Assembly: GCF_031769215.1 (NCBI RefSeq) | Contig: NW_026781891.1 | Location: 372,001-436,000 of the forward strand | Direction: 5' to 3' | DNA: 64,000 nucleotides | DNA from: Ylistrum balloti | Lineage: Eukaryota | Shown: positions 1 to 13,200 of the stretch, one piece after another | How the letters are laid out: every line of letters starts with the position of its first letter | How positions within the stretch are numbered: position 1 is the stretch's first letter | Translations under genes and position numbers: made by a program | The notes under the pieces: generated by a model | What the model saw: the letters and a program-made list of their open reading frames with translations, nothing else | Told to the model about the DNA's origin: nothing | Databases searched by the model: none

Positions 1-217
1 AGAAAGTTAAACAAAGAAATAAATCTAAGCTGTATGGTTACAAAAACAGTTATCAGACCCCAGTTACTAGGTAATTCTATGCCTAATTTCACAGTCATCT
101 TTGCCTCTTTTGTGCCATAAACATGTAATGGTTTTCGGGAAACTCGTGTGAAATACTACTTCGTATAGAATTGGTAAGACAAGATCAAATGCGTTTCCTT
201 GGGTTTGATCAATATAG

Positions 218-2748
218 GTGGAACGAAAAGTCCTTTTGAAGGGGCATGGACTACACTCAATGCGGCTGTTAATCCCGAACTGGCTGGTGTACGGGATGTA
301 TACTTCTCGGATTCTAAACCAAAAGCCTCAACATCAACCTCTAAGTAAGTGTTGATGTCAGTTGCATCAATTTCAGTTTCGTTTGAAATCAATATAAAAT
401 CATTATCAGAGATTTTCACCAAAAGATGAAAAGACCTAATTTTCGATGTGTTTCTTATTATTTTCTTCTTCAGAATTTGTGAGTTCGTAATTCTTTAAAC
501 GGTAAGTGATAGGTACGCAACCTATATTGTATGCTGTGGAAGTACATCTGAACTTGTTTATGTCTCATTTTTTAAGTAGGTCAAAAATCCAATATGACCG
601 CATTGACCCAATTACAAGAAATTCTAAAGACAGCAATAACTTGATAACTTTTTGTCCTGCAAATTTGCTACATTCATTTTTATGTAGAGGAGGGTCATAT
701 CTATTTTTTTCATACATGTTAATAAAATTCTTTCAAATTAAAAAAGCTCGCTAGGGGTCAAGGTCACCTAGAAATAGGAAAAATAATCATTAAATCTTTT
801 TGACATTTTTCCACAGTTCAATGTAGAATGTCCTCCTATCATTTTAGTCTGTACATTTTTTCTGTGACGTCTTTCTTTTAAGTAATTATTTTTTAAAATT
901 CTCTTAGTTTCATGTAAAGTGCAGACAAAAAGTTTGAACTAAAATTACTACTATGAAATTTTGTTTAATTGTTATGGAATAGGTTTGGTAACGTGCCTTC
1001 TAAATTCTGACGTGATTTTCAACTTTGTCAAAAAAAAAAAAAAAAAAAACAAGATGGCCGCCATGACGCCATATTTGATTTTTGCCCTAACGTCAATATC
1101 TCAATGATGACGTGACATTTTGAGATCATCTTTGGATATGCTAATTGGAATTGAAAATAAAAATGTTTGTGTAAAACGTCAACTTTCGGTTTTCGGTAGG
1201 GGTCAAAGTTAAAAAGTGCAATTTAGGGTACTTAACTACCAGAAACTTCTTCTCAACTTTGGAAAGCCCTAGCGGTTCGATAGTCTAACATATCTTGCTA
1301 TGGTAATTGTCTATTAAGTTTGTTAATATGGATGACCTTGACCCACTTTCACGGAGGTAAATTATATAAATAACATTAAATGACGTTTTCTTAACCTTTT
1401 AAAAGACAGTTACATGAATTGATTAACAACCTTCTGTAGAGACTTACTTTTAATTGGAATAAGCAAATCTTTCATAAAAGACCAGCTCCCGGTTTTCCTT
1501 AAGAGGTCAAAGTTCAAAACTTCTATGTATGGTATCAACATATTCGAAACTTCTTCTCAAGTTTTGAAAGGCCTAGAGTTTCGATACATCACAAATATAA
1601 TGTTAAGATAATTGCGTATTAAATTTGTAAATATGAATGACCTTGACCCAACTTTCTAGGTCACGGGGGTCAATTTTATTCCTTAATAACATTAACTGAC
1701 ATTTTCTTTCTTTTTAAGAGTAATACAGTTACGTGATTTGATTAACAACCTTCTGTAGAGATTTGGTTTTGATTGAAATAAGCAAAACTTCCACAAAAGA
1801 CCAACTTCCGGCTTTCCTAAGGGGTCAGATTTCAACACTTTAATGTAGGGTACCAACGTATACGAAACTTCTTCTCAAGTTCGGAGAGACCTAAACACAT
1901 AATACCTAATACATATAAAGCTAATATAATTGTCTATAAATGTTAATATGGATGACCTTGACCCACTTTCCAAGTCACAGGCGTCAATAATGTAAAATTC
2001 AATCCCTTGTGATCCTATGAACACTCATTACTGATAACAATTAGTAATGTTTTCCAAAAATTCAACTTCTGTATTTTTCGTTTTTTTTTTCAGTTCAAAA
2101 TTAACATTATACAGCACAAGTTTGTGATAAGGAAATGAAAACGTTATATTTTTCTAACAGCTTTTTGTAAGCCCCCCTCTGCCTTATATTTCCTGTTATA
2201 AGATTGTATAAAACACACAGTAATTAGTTTTTTAAGATATAACTTTAGAATTAAAAACAGTAGAGCCATATAATGAATTAAAATACGTAATCAGTGACCA
2301 AGCTTAACAGCTGATTTATAGGTCATCTTTGATTTTTATCTGGAATAGATTTTATGTGACCGATGCTTTAAAGAAATGTCCTCTTAGTAAAAAAATCTCG
2401 AAATAAAACTAATAGTTAGGTTATGCTTTGGTACATATGCAGATTTAGATAATAAGCCATGCTTTGAGTTTATTTAGCAAACATAAACTAAAATCTCTTT
2501 ATTATAATCTAATCACCGTTAAACTACGCGGTACACGTTTATATATGAAATAAGATTAATAAATTATAAGCAAGCAGATGAGAACGACATATTTCGCCCG
2601 ATTTTTTTTTATTCTTTTTTGAATGGTGTTAATTTATAATTATAAATTTGTCTACAGGAAGAAATCACATCAGAGGGCTGTATGGGATTACACCATCGAC
2701 AGTCTCGAAGCGTATCTACCAGACGGAGTTCTCCAGGATTTACAATAA
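218..2748 (+). CDS. SDR (retinol dehydrogenase-like) copy 1, 3' part only: exon 7 (218-344) and exon 8 (2658-2748); earlier exons lie upstream of the window
   Basis: Exon 7 reads GGTKSPFEGAWTTLNAAVNPELAGVRDVYFSDSKPKASTSTS(K) between AG (216-217) and GTAAGT (345). Exon 8 reads KKSHQRAVWDYTIDSLEAYLPDGVLQDLQ* after CAG (2655-2657). Exon sizes (127, 91 nt) and phases match the three complete paralogs. Confidence 0.9.
751..2010. repeat. Degenerate ~310-bp tandem repeat region in intron 7 of SDR copy 1, Helentron/HINE-associated satellite-like
   Basis: TGACCTTGACCCA recurs near 1331, 1636 and 1951, and GAAACTTCTTCTCAA near 1242, 1547 and 1864 (period ~305-317). GGGGTCAAGGTCA-type and AAGATGGCCGCCATG motifs are also present. 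The family assignment rests on recalled similarity to bivalve Cg170-like repeats and is unverified. Confidence 0.55.
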
Positions 2749-3914
2749 TACTTCTTAGGGATCATCCTTTGTGGATTGATATGTTACTTCACAGATCATT
2801 TCAGAAATCAGCATAGTTAGTCAAAATTTAGTACATGTTTGTAAAAAAAAATGGATAAAATAAACAGAAATATAGACTCTATACCAAGATACTTATATGC
2901 TGTTTTATGAAATATATGTATGTATATATATATACGTATCTATTCATTTTAAATAAATCGTATGATCTTACGATATCTAATTTATAGTAATTCTAAATAA
3001 ATACAGCAAAATCAATTTCCAAGTGGTTTTGATGGTGAGATAACACATTTGTAACTGTGCAATGCACTGCAAACACTTACAGCGATTTATGGACTTTAGC
3101 ACTTATCGTGTAGCTACAAGCGATCATCATATATCTATTGATCTATTTGTTGTATGTATATGTAGTAGATGTGTTGTGAATACAACAAAAGGGCGAAATT
3201 GAGTTTTTTTCCTAGTTTACGGATTCTTATATCTGATAATGTGTTTCGTTTTAAAAATAATCACGTGATAAATATCCTATATTTAGGCCGTCCAATTTGG
3301 AATCGGCCAGGGACGAAAGTTTGTCCGGACTGACCACAGGAAAGATATTTTCAGCCGAGAATACTGTTTGGAAAATTGTACAAATGCCTATGTTCAGACA
3401 ATAACTAAAGATCTTCCACAGAGGGGGAATGCTCTGTTATAGAACAGAAGTAAGGCATTAGTCTCATTACTCATTAAGAAGACAAAAATGCTGTTATTTA
3501 GAGAGAAGAGAGAAAAATATGATCGTCTTTTACAATTCGTGTACTGTACACAGTAGATACCATTCTGACGCCTTATCGGCATGACCTTCCCAATATAAAA
3601 AAAAACATTACACAACATTGAAACGTAATACATCGCCTTACATTACGAAGTTATATCACACTCAATATTATTTCAATGGTATATTGATGCACCACATTTA
3701 AAACATTTAAAAGTTCACCTGAACTATTCATTAAAACTTAAACGTAAAATTTCAAGTTATATTGAAATACGAGTTACCTAATTGAATTCAATCCTGCTGG
3801 TTGACAAAGGAGCAAACTTCAACATCCCTGTATTACTATGACTAATCTGATGAATGTCAACTGCTACTTTTAAAAACAACATCCAGCACTGGGTTTTAAG
3901 AGATACAATAAATA

Positions 3915-4560
3915 CCCAAGCGAGAAAGAAACGCAGCAGGGTAAACTTTGAATATGATTCCAGGCAAGACGTCGAGTATAATGTTTAATACTTTAAGGTA
4001 AGAATGAAGATAAATCCATACAGAACAAACCGTAAAATCAACGATTTGTACCTGGTAAATAATTTAGGAGTAATTGAAGGGAATTGAAGGGGAGCTCTGC
4101 AGCAGTCGGCAAAAAGTTCTCCACGACATCAGTATACGCGACTTCGACGTCTGCTCGAAAGAGGTTGGACCGGGACTCATCAGTAATCAAGACCCGCCCC
4201 AACTGGGGGCATGTGCCGCCACCCAAGCCAACTTTTCGCAGTGGTTTCCCCTTAGTTTTTTCATGGATAGGACAGTCTAGAGTACCTATGGTATGAAGAG
4301 CAGATTCAGTGGCAGTAAGGCGCCGATTGCGCAAAAGCGTGAGACGAATAAACCTGCCCTGACGTTGTGACTTCACGCGCGGATGCTCAGACCTAAGTCT
4401 GTCAGCAACCCGCCCAGTTTCCTTTAGACCGAAATGTCTGGCAACTTGTATTTGCCTTTGACCTTGCATAATCATCACAATGACCTGACACCCCTGTATA
4501 GTCGTGCCATTGTTTAATGCTATCAGAAATTAATCAAAACATTTTTTGTTTTTCAATGAA
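3915..4560 (-). mobile_element. Tc1/mariner-family relic, internally deleted and 5'-truncated
   Basis: The minus-strand frame gives paired-like HTH text (QVARHFG...ETGRVADR...RVKSQRQGRFIRLTLLRNRRLTA) and ITDESR, then jumps to a 3' end nearly collinear with that of the element at 11215-12614. The terminal sequence CCCAAGCGAGAAAGAAACGCA is preceded by TA at 3913-3914. The left boundary is approximate. Confidence 0.85.
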
Positions 4561-7178
4561 TGAAGGTTTGTCTATGAAAAACAAAAATTCTCCAGTTGGT
4601 TATATTCAGCTTTATACTTACAGATCATTTCTATATTTCTCTAAAGGTGTTAACAACAAGTCAGTTTTATTTAGAAAATATTACTAGCTTGCATATACTG
4701 CGACATAAAGTACATTGTTTCATGTCCCTGCATCGATGATAACGCGATATGACACGCACTAGATAAACAACACACTTGTTGGTGCGGATAGTGAGCTACG
4801 GAGATAAAATCAAAACAACCTTTTCCATTGATATAACGCACTATTATAATATTTACGTTATCGTTAATAGTTAAATAGTTAAATGTTAAAATCTAGTGTT
4901 AGGTCTTCTTGATTAGCAAACCTTCCGTTTTCCCTATTGTGTATAATTGTAATTGTAATTTACACATTTGAGTTCCGTGGAAGTTGAACATCTGTGTCGT
5001 CCACGAGAAAACAAAATTGTAAACAGTACCTTTGCCAATAATGGGCCAATGTCCTATCAGTTTCATAATGATTTCTTTTGTGTAAAGTTATAGTTTATTG
5101 TTATTATGTTATTTTTTCCTTCAACAAAACTACCAACTGAGTTGCGTAAAATAGAACCTTGTGGTGACAAAATCTAGATCTTCGTTTATATGTCTTAAAT
5201 AATTTATACGTTGAAGAAAAAATAACATCAATTTCCATAGCGTACATATGAAAAATTGAAATAGCATGAAAACCGGTGCCTATAACTCATAGAAGCGTAT
5301 GTAGATACCTGGCTAAAGAAAGGAACTTCGAACTTAGAACGGACCAATAGCATTTGCATATTAAAAGGTGATTCGTTAAGACACTTGATTCCTTCATTCC
5401 TCAAGCATTCAACACCGACGTCGACCCCAGAAAAACACACTGTACACAATAAAAATTGTCAAGTTCATTTTAGAATGGTATAGAACAACCAGGACAAATG
5501 GCAAACCCAGGAAAATCGAATTCCAGGTCAGCTAATGGTCACAAGTGATAATTCCTGCAACTTCCATTCTGGAAGAGTAGATTAACCATCAGTTGAATTT
5601 CAAGGTTTATTTTATAAAAATCGAAATTCAAATAGATTGTCCACGAAAAAAGTTTCTTAATTTATGATTTTTCTGCGATTATGACATATTTTGACTAGTT
5701 AAATATAAAGTCACCTTCCCTTGTTTCGAGATAAGACTGAATGGGCAGTATTAGAAATATGCCTGTGGTACATACTGACCATGTCAAATTAATTAATTAG
5801 TTGATGCGATATTTATATACTTAATGCACTTGAATCTCCTGAAACGTTCAACGATATATAAATCTGATTTAAAATATAACTTGATATGGCTAATGTTTAG
5901 ATTTAAACTACACTGATTGTCATCTTGGATTTTGTTAAAAACATGAACATAAATCATACCGAAAATGTACATTTAACATAGAGTTTGCAACACTAGACAA
6001 TGCATTGTATGACATGGAGAAGTATGGCTTACGTGCTTATCAATTAACGTTCTAGATTCTCACTTCTGCTGGTATTTCTGCTGTCGTCTGCAACAACACA
6101 TTGTTCTGAAATTTTAAACCAGCCTGGATATGCACTGATATATAGATGTCGGCGCTAGCTTGACCTTGCGTGTAAAGCTGCAGTTAGTCTAGTTAACCAC
6201 TGCTTTCTGTAGCATTACGCAACCACAAATAACAAGTCAAAAATGATAATAAATAACAATATAAGACCAGCAGTGCCTTACTACTAGAATAAAAAAAGAA
6301 AAAAGGACTTCTTTTTCGTATGTCCTTTCTTGATTATGACATCCATTTGTATGTTTTCATGATTTTTTTTTCGGAAGGAACTAAAATGTTATCATGAACT
6401 GTTTGAATGAAAGCAGGTATACCTGTTATATCATCATAACTGATTCTTCTCATTTTAACGTTACATACCCATGAGTATGTTTATATAGGCACATCATAGT
6501 TTGATCTGGGGTCGTTTGAATCAAGAAGGACGATCATAACAATATACAACTCCAGTTCCGCCGAAGAAGGTCAGTAAATGACACAGTTGATCTCGATAAT
6601 GTAATCTTAAAAGCTGAAACGGTGAAAAAAAACATACTAAATGTTACTATATACAATAAAGAATTCTGAGACTACGAACGAATGCGACAGGACATAATCA
6701 TCATTAATTACGTCAGTTCGACGTATTTGGAACATTCAATGAATGCATGTCGTCTAAATTGAGAATGTTTACTTGAATTAGTATTAGAATATATAAATTA
6801 CAATTACCTAACTTATGTGACGCAAAGCCAAATCACGAAAACAGCGTTAACTTTACAATGTTCTTTATCATACATAAAAGTGGTGTCGGTCAAAACCTTA
6901 TCATAGATACTTTGAAATTTTTTAGAGCATTGAGCGGATTAATAAACGTGCCATGACCTCACGTAGGTTTAAGTAGAATGTTACCAACCAAAGACATTGC
7001 ATAATTGTATAATGGATATTTAACACTTGAAGAGTGATGGTTAATCTAGCTTTTGAGTGTTAAACAACAAACGTTCAGATAGCTTCTGTGTACTGCATTT
7101 GTTGTGTTATCTGCAACAATGCATATTTTAATTTTTTTTCTGCTCCGTCTGATATTACATAACTAATGTGTAGGTAAC

Positions 7179-7267
7179 ATCACGTGATTATAGGCTGTAA
7201 ATAGCATTGACTTATGTCCGAGTCCTAAGGAAGTTTATTTGAAGGGCGGAGAAATATCATCGTCGGG
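7179..7267 (+). promoter_or_regulatory. Putative proximal promoter of SDR copy 2 (E-box, TATA-like element, GC-box)
   Basis: ATCACGTGAT (7179-7188), TGTAAATA (~7196) and GGGCGG (7244-7249) occur in the same order and similar spacing as upstream of copy 3. Function is inferred from conservation only. Confidence 0.45.
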
Positions 7268-10200
7268 ATGGGATCCAGTATCTCCTTCCCTCGGGTGTCC
7301 ATTCCAACAGATAATATTTTCGTTGTTACAGGAGGAAATACAGGTAGTTATGGTATATGACAGCAGATTGTGGTATTGTGCTATATATAGCTTATAATGC
7401 GATTCATACCCTTTGCTTGTCAAATCCTTTGATGAAGTGGCCTAAGATATATCAGTACCATTTGAATGATTTATTTGCATTATGGTAGTAATTACGATAT
7501 GTATGGCAATAATCAATTGGAGAGCGTATGGCGTACGTTATAAATAGAACACTTATTCTAGAGAATCTCGATACGTATAACAGTAGCTAAAAATAAAGAA
7601 ACAGTGTACACAAAGAATAGCTAGACATCTAGGATAGCTTGATATATGCTCATAAAATGGAAGTCAGTACATGAAGTATTAATTAACACCAACATTAAGT
7701 ATAAGCATCTTTTCTGTTCTATATATGATAATTGTCTGTCTTCTGCTTCTTCTTGAGCGAGAGCAAATGTATTACGTGGTAACACGACTTTAAGAGTTTT
7801 CGTGCAACGCTATTAGTTTCCTTTGTTTTAAACTGACATTGGATAGTCGTAACTCGTTTTGTTGACAGACGTAACAATATCTATTTCAAACTTAAATAAT
7901 ATTTACATAGAAACAAATATGGGGCTAGTGACCTCTCCTTCTATATCAAGTAATTGGTGCAGATATATCTTATCCCCCAATCCCCCCATCCCCACCCCCA
8001 TCCCCACCACTACCCTTCTGGAACTTTTGAACTCTGTATTCTTAGACGGTAGATTTGAAATGTATTTTTTTATTACTGAATCCTTCGTAATACATGTATA
8101 TGCAATCTTCTCTGGACATGAATGAAACACGCAGTACAAAGAATTGTTATTCGACATATTTGCATTCGATATTTCAGGTATAGGCTATCATACTGCTAAA
8201 TGGCTAGCCATGATGGGAGGTACCGTTATCATTGCGTGTAGATCGGAGGAGAGGGCTAAAAAGGTAAAATATCAATTTGAAAAATGTATAAGGTACCGAT
8301 ATATTCATGAACTTATATCTTAGATATTTATTTAATAAATTTTTGAATTCGATGACTTATTAGATATACACCACGAAACAAAGTCTTATTATTAAACCTG
8401 TCTATCAAGTGCAAAGATGATAATGATTGTAATTTTTAGTTTTCAATTATTACTTCTTTTTAATCCGTTCATAAAGTAGGAATACCCTGTAAATGTAAAC
8501 ATATGATTTTTATCTTGTAAATATTTCATTCGAAATACAGCTTGTTATCTATTGATGCACGAATACATTTTGTCATCGAACAATTGAGTTTTTCCCAGAT
8601 GTTAACTGAAATTTTCTTATTAGTATCACTTTGAAAATGAGAACCATTTGCAAAATATTTCATGAAAACGAGCGGGTTCAACAGAAATATTTTCATAGAA
8701 TGGACAATGCAAAATATCCACAAGAAAAAACGTTGATATCTAAAACTATTCTTATGCTATAGATAACAGCTCTTACAGAAAAACAGTTTATCCTGTTAAA
8801 AAAGTAAATAAAAAGTAATTGAAACTAGATGTACCATGTATTGTTTTAGGCTATACAACAAATGAACCAGGAATTCGCAGAGGAAAAACGAAAGAAGACA
8901 ACTGGAGTCGTTGACTATGATCAACTGAATCTTGAATTCATGCATCTAGATTGCAGTTCACTAAAATCAGTGGTGAATTTCGTTCAGGCGTACAAATCGT
9001 CGGGCAGGAAGCTACATAAGTTGATATGTAACGCTGGTATTGGCTTTCAGGACAAGTTATGTAAGTGTGATATAGACATGAAATGCTTTTTCACTTATAT
9101 AATCGGTATACAGTGTGCAATAATACAACCAGGCGTCAAATAGGTATATTAAAAAAAATTAAAATGTTTTAATAAGTAGATTAGGAATAAGGCAGTGTAC
9201 AGAAGGGTGCGTTTAGTACCATATCAAATTTGACCAAATGCAAAAGATGTTATAATATCTAAATGTGTGAATATGTACATGTACATGAAATTTGGTTCAG
9301 TTTACAATTTTGAGAAATTATTGATTTCAAACAACTGAATTACACGGTTGCAGCACCTTCCTCAGTCATTTCCTAAACTTTTCCAAAACTTAACACCTTA
9401 GCATTGTTGACGAGTCCTAGTCACAACATCTGTATGATGCAGTTAATTTTGTGTTTTAGTTATACTGTATTTGATTCTAAACTATTATGTGTTATTCATT
9501 TGCGTATATTTCATACAATTCTGAGTTATTTAAACTGGATTTTATGATACATTTGTATATTATAGATTTATTTATTAAAGAAATGTATACAATACGGGTT
9601 TTTTATGATGCATTTTATATCCTGAGTGTTTTTAATTTGGAGGTAACTGGTATACTGCTTTAAGTGATGAGTTGATTATACTCATATCGATTTCACTTTT
9701 GTCTCTTTGAGTAATGTGTCCTTATATACAGTGCATGTATTTATCAGAAATGAGGTATGTATTTTTCAGCTCACACAGAAGATGGTCATGAGCAGATTTT
9801 TCAGGTAAAGAGGAAAAGGAAAAAATTAAATTGATAAAAGTTTTAAACAATTTCGCATTAGAAATTTCGTGATCATTTGGGTATATCACGCAAAGTATTT
9901 GATCCATATGCGATTTTTAAAATTTCATGTTCCGTTACGATGAAATTGATATCACTGCAATATATCAAAACAATTAATGTTTATATCACTTAGGTGAATT
10001 ACCTAAGTCAGTTCCTGTTGGTGTCTCTTCTGCTGCCGGTAATGAAAGCATCCGGTACTGACTGCAGAATAGTACTGGTTTCTAGCATAGCCCATGAACA
10101 TGCTCGCTTTGATCCTAATGACATTGAAGGAAAGAAGTATTCGGAACCAAAGTATGACGCCACGGCATTATACTGCAGATCGAAACTTTACCAGGTAGGT

Positions 10201-13200
10201 AACACTATTATGACGTACTGTATGGGAAAGTATGGACTAGGGCACAGTTATACAAATTGTGTTTCATTGATTATTTCATAATAACCATGATTCACATGTT
10301 CTCCTCAAAACAAAAAAGTGAAATAAACTTTCCGAAAGCGAGAACAAACACTTCATTCTGAAAGTTGTGCTTTTCATTAACTAGTTGTTTTATAATTACC
10401 CTGATTCACATGATCTCGTAAAAGCATAAAGTAATACATTGTTTTGGAAGCGAGAACAAACCCGTCTTATTTTGAAGTTCACTTAAAACACACACATTCA
10501 TCGATGTACGTTTCAAGCTATATTTTAAAACCATTTTGATATAACTATTGCATGGTTCCGATATCAAGCTAACATGGAACTTTACGGAAAGAAAATGCGT
10601 CATATATGTATGATGGCTGATTTCTGCCATTTTGTTGTTTCGTTTTGTCGACCCGACATAACGATATTATCGTTTTTTCGCCAACGCGAAATAACGTAAA
10701 CTTGATGTCGCTAATTAACTTCGCCCCGCTAATTATCGTTTTTTCGCCGTGACAAAACGAACATTATCGTCTTTTCGCCCAGCTGATTAAGCTAAGGAAA
10801 TCAAAAGGATACCATTGCCATTGTCTCTTCTCAAAAGGCTGGTGTAGCTGCTCAGCTCCGCCATTTTAAATGTCTAGGTTCTATTATCCTTCTAACCGGA
10901 ATACAAGAAGACGATAATTATCGTTTTGTCGCGGCGAAAAGACGATAAGTAGCGGGGCGAAAAGACGATAATTATCGTTTTGTCGGTGCGAAAAAACGAT
11001 AATTAGAATTAGAATAACTAAAAACGGTGAATACCATACCACTTGTAGTTCATTAATCTGATGAATTCGTCTCGCCAAAGTAATAGTAGGACAAGTTTTA
11101 TTAACAACGATGAAATATGACGAATGTAAAACATATATCAATGTTCTGATACAATTGATGAAGAAGTTGGGCGCATCTTAACATATTCGTGTACAGCTGT
11201 ATGAACTATATATAATCAATGGATAAAGAAACGCAGATTGACATTATTTCCAATATCTTGCAAACGCGTTGTTCAAAAACAATGACAAACGGTCAAGCGG
11301 CTCTTTTGGTTACAGTACATGTGGTCCTGTATCGAATGTTTCATTATTGACGATGTCTTCCGGGGAAAGCACGAAACGGGAACATCTCGTGCACAACAGT
11401 GTTATGATATTGTGACACTGCTCGTCATAACATTAAGAAGTTTTTATAGAGCAACATCCTTTTCCGTTATTTTGATTTATTTCTGATAGCATTGAACAAT
11501 GACACGGCTGACGGAAGTTCAGAGGGGTCAGGTTGCCATTTCGGTGTCCATATTTGCACTATAGAAACTGGATGGGTTACTGACAGACCCAGGTCTGGGC
11601 GTCCACGCGTGACGTCACAACGTCAGGACAGGTTTATTTGTCTCGCACATTTGTGCAATTGGCACCTTACTGCCGCTGAATCTTCCCTTCATACCATAGG
11701 TACTCATAACCGTCATATCCATGCATAAACTGTAAGGAAACGATTGCGGAAAGTTGGTCTGCGAGCATATCACCCGTTTGTAGGTCTGTCACTTACCGCT
11801 GCTCGTCGCAAGCTTCGTATGGCTTGGGTGGCGACTTATACCCCAAGAATATTACCATTGTGGCAGTGGCGACAGGTCTTTTTTCTGATGAGTCCCGGTT
11901 CACCCTGTTTAAGATGACGTTCCACGTCATGTATACCGGCGTCGTGGAGAACGTTTTGCCGACTGCTGCGTAGTAGAGAGGATATGTTTGGGGATGGATC
12001 GGTTACGGTGTGGGGAGGAATATCACATGGAGTTAAATCACCACTGTTTGCGGTAGCTGGTAATTTAACTGTCGCTAGGTATAGAGATGAGATCTTCCGT
12101 TCCAATGTTAACCCATTATTGAAACAAAGCAACCTCAGGTTCCTGCAGGACCAGCTCGGCCTTATGTAGCGAGGATCTGTCGCGACTTTCTCACTAACAA
12201 CAATATACACCCACTGGACCGGCCGCCATACAGCCCCGATCTATCCCCTATTGAACACTTGTTGGACTAGCTGAATAGACAGATTCGACTACACAAACCT
12301 CCCCCTGTTACTCTGGCCAAACTAAGAGCAGCGGTCTTGGAAGAATGGACCACCATCCTAATGAGGAGGATAAACTCATTCATGAACACAGTGCTATGGA
12401 TAGAGAGACCGGTATTGACTAGCCAGCTCCCACAATCAGTCAATTCCGATTACATATTACAGAGTTCTCTTTCAATTCCCTTCAATTTTGCAATTTGCAG
12501 TTTATTCTGTATGGATTAATCTTCATTCTTACTTAGAAGTATTGAGCATTACACTCGATGTCATGCCTAGAATCATCTTCATCAAGTTTACCTTGCGTTT
12601 CATTTTCTCTTGAGTATTTATGAAGACAACTGATCTGATTTAGGTAATGCAGATGTACCGGTTGAATCAGGCCATCAAAGACACTGATGTAACTGCCTTA
12701 TCCCTACATCCAGGCATCGTCCGAACGCCCCTCCTTGCTACTTTCAGAAGGGGATCCACAAGGGTTTTAATGGCCTGCTTAGATTGTATTGGTAAGAAAT
12801 TGAAATTTGATTTGTTTAACTCTCTGAATTATCACAGATTTTTAAACAGTGTAAACAATACGTCCCGTCTCTAGAAAGTCTTCCCAACATGCCGAATGAT
12901 TTAGCCAATCATGTGACGGGAAAAGGTTGTATTTGTTATGTGTTTATATACCTTTAAGTCGTTTTACACGAAATGAGGATATAACTGCAACTTTCCTATG
13001 CAAAACGATAGGATAGGACATAGGAGTACAAAGCAATTTGTTAAATAAAGGAGTTGAAATTAGCATATTTAAAATAATGTTTTATAATAAAATGTCGTCT
13101 TGTAATTAACAACATGATAGCCTACTCGGAAACAAGTCAAACGATATAACAGACAAGAAAATACCAACTTAATTATAATCCAATCTCAAATTAAAAAAAA

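Noticed and set aside
156-422. Minus-strand 88-aa ORF, and similar overlapping ORFs at 29239-29427, 30265-30471, 48904-49246, 49553-49942 and 53485-53733
   Set aside because: These are shadow frames opposite or overlapping real coding sequence, with no independent motifs.
12641-12652. AG|GT at the start of several SDR exons as recursive splice sites
   Set aside because: The GT is explained by conserved Val/Gly codons, and the introns are short, so there is no reason to invoke recursive splicing.
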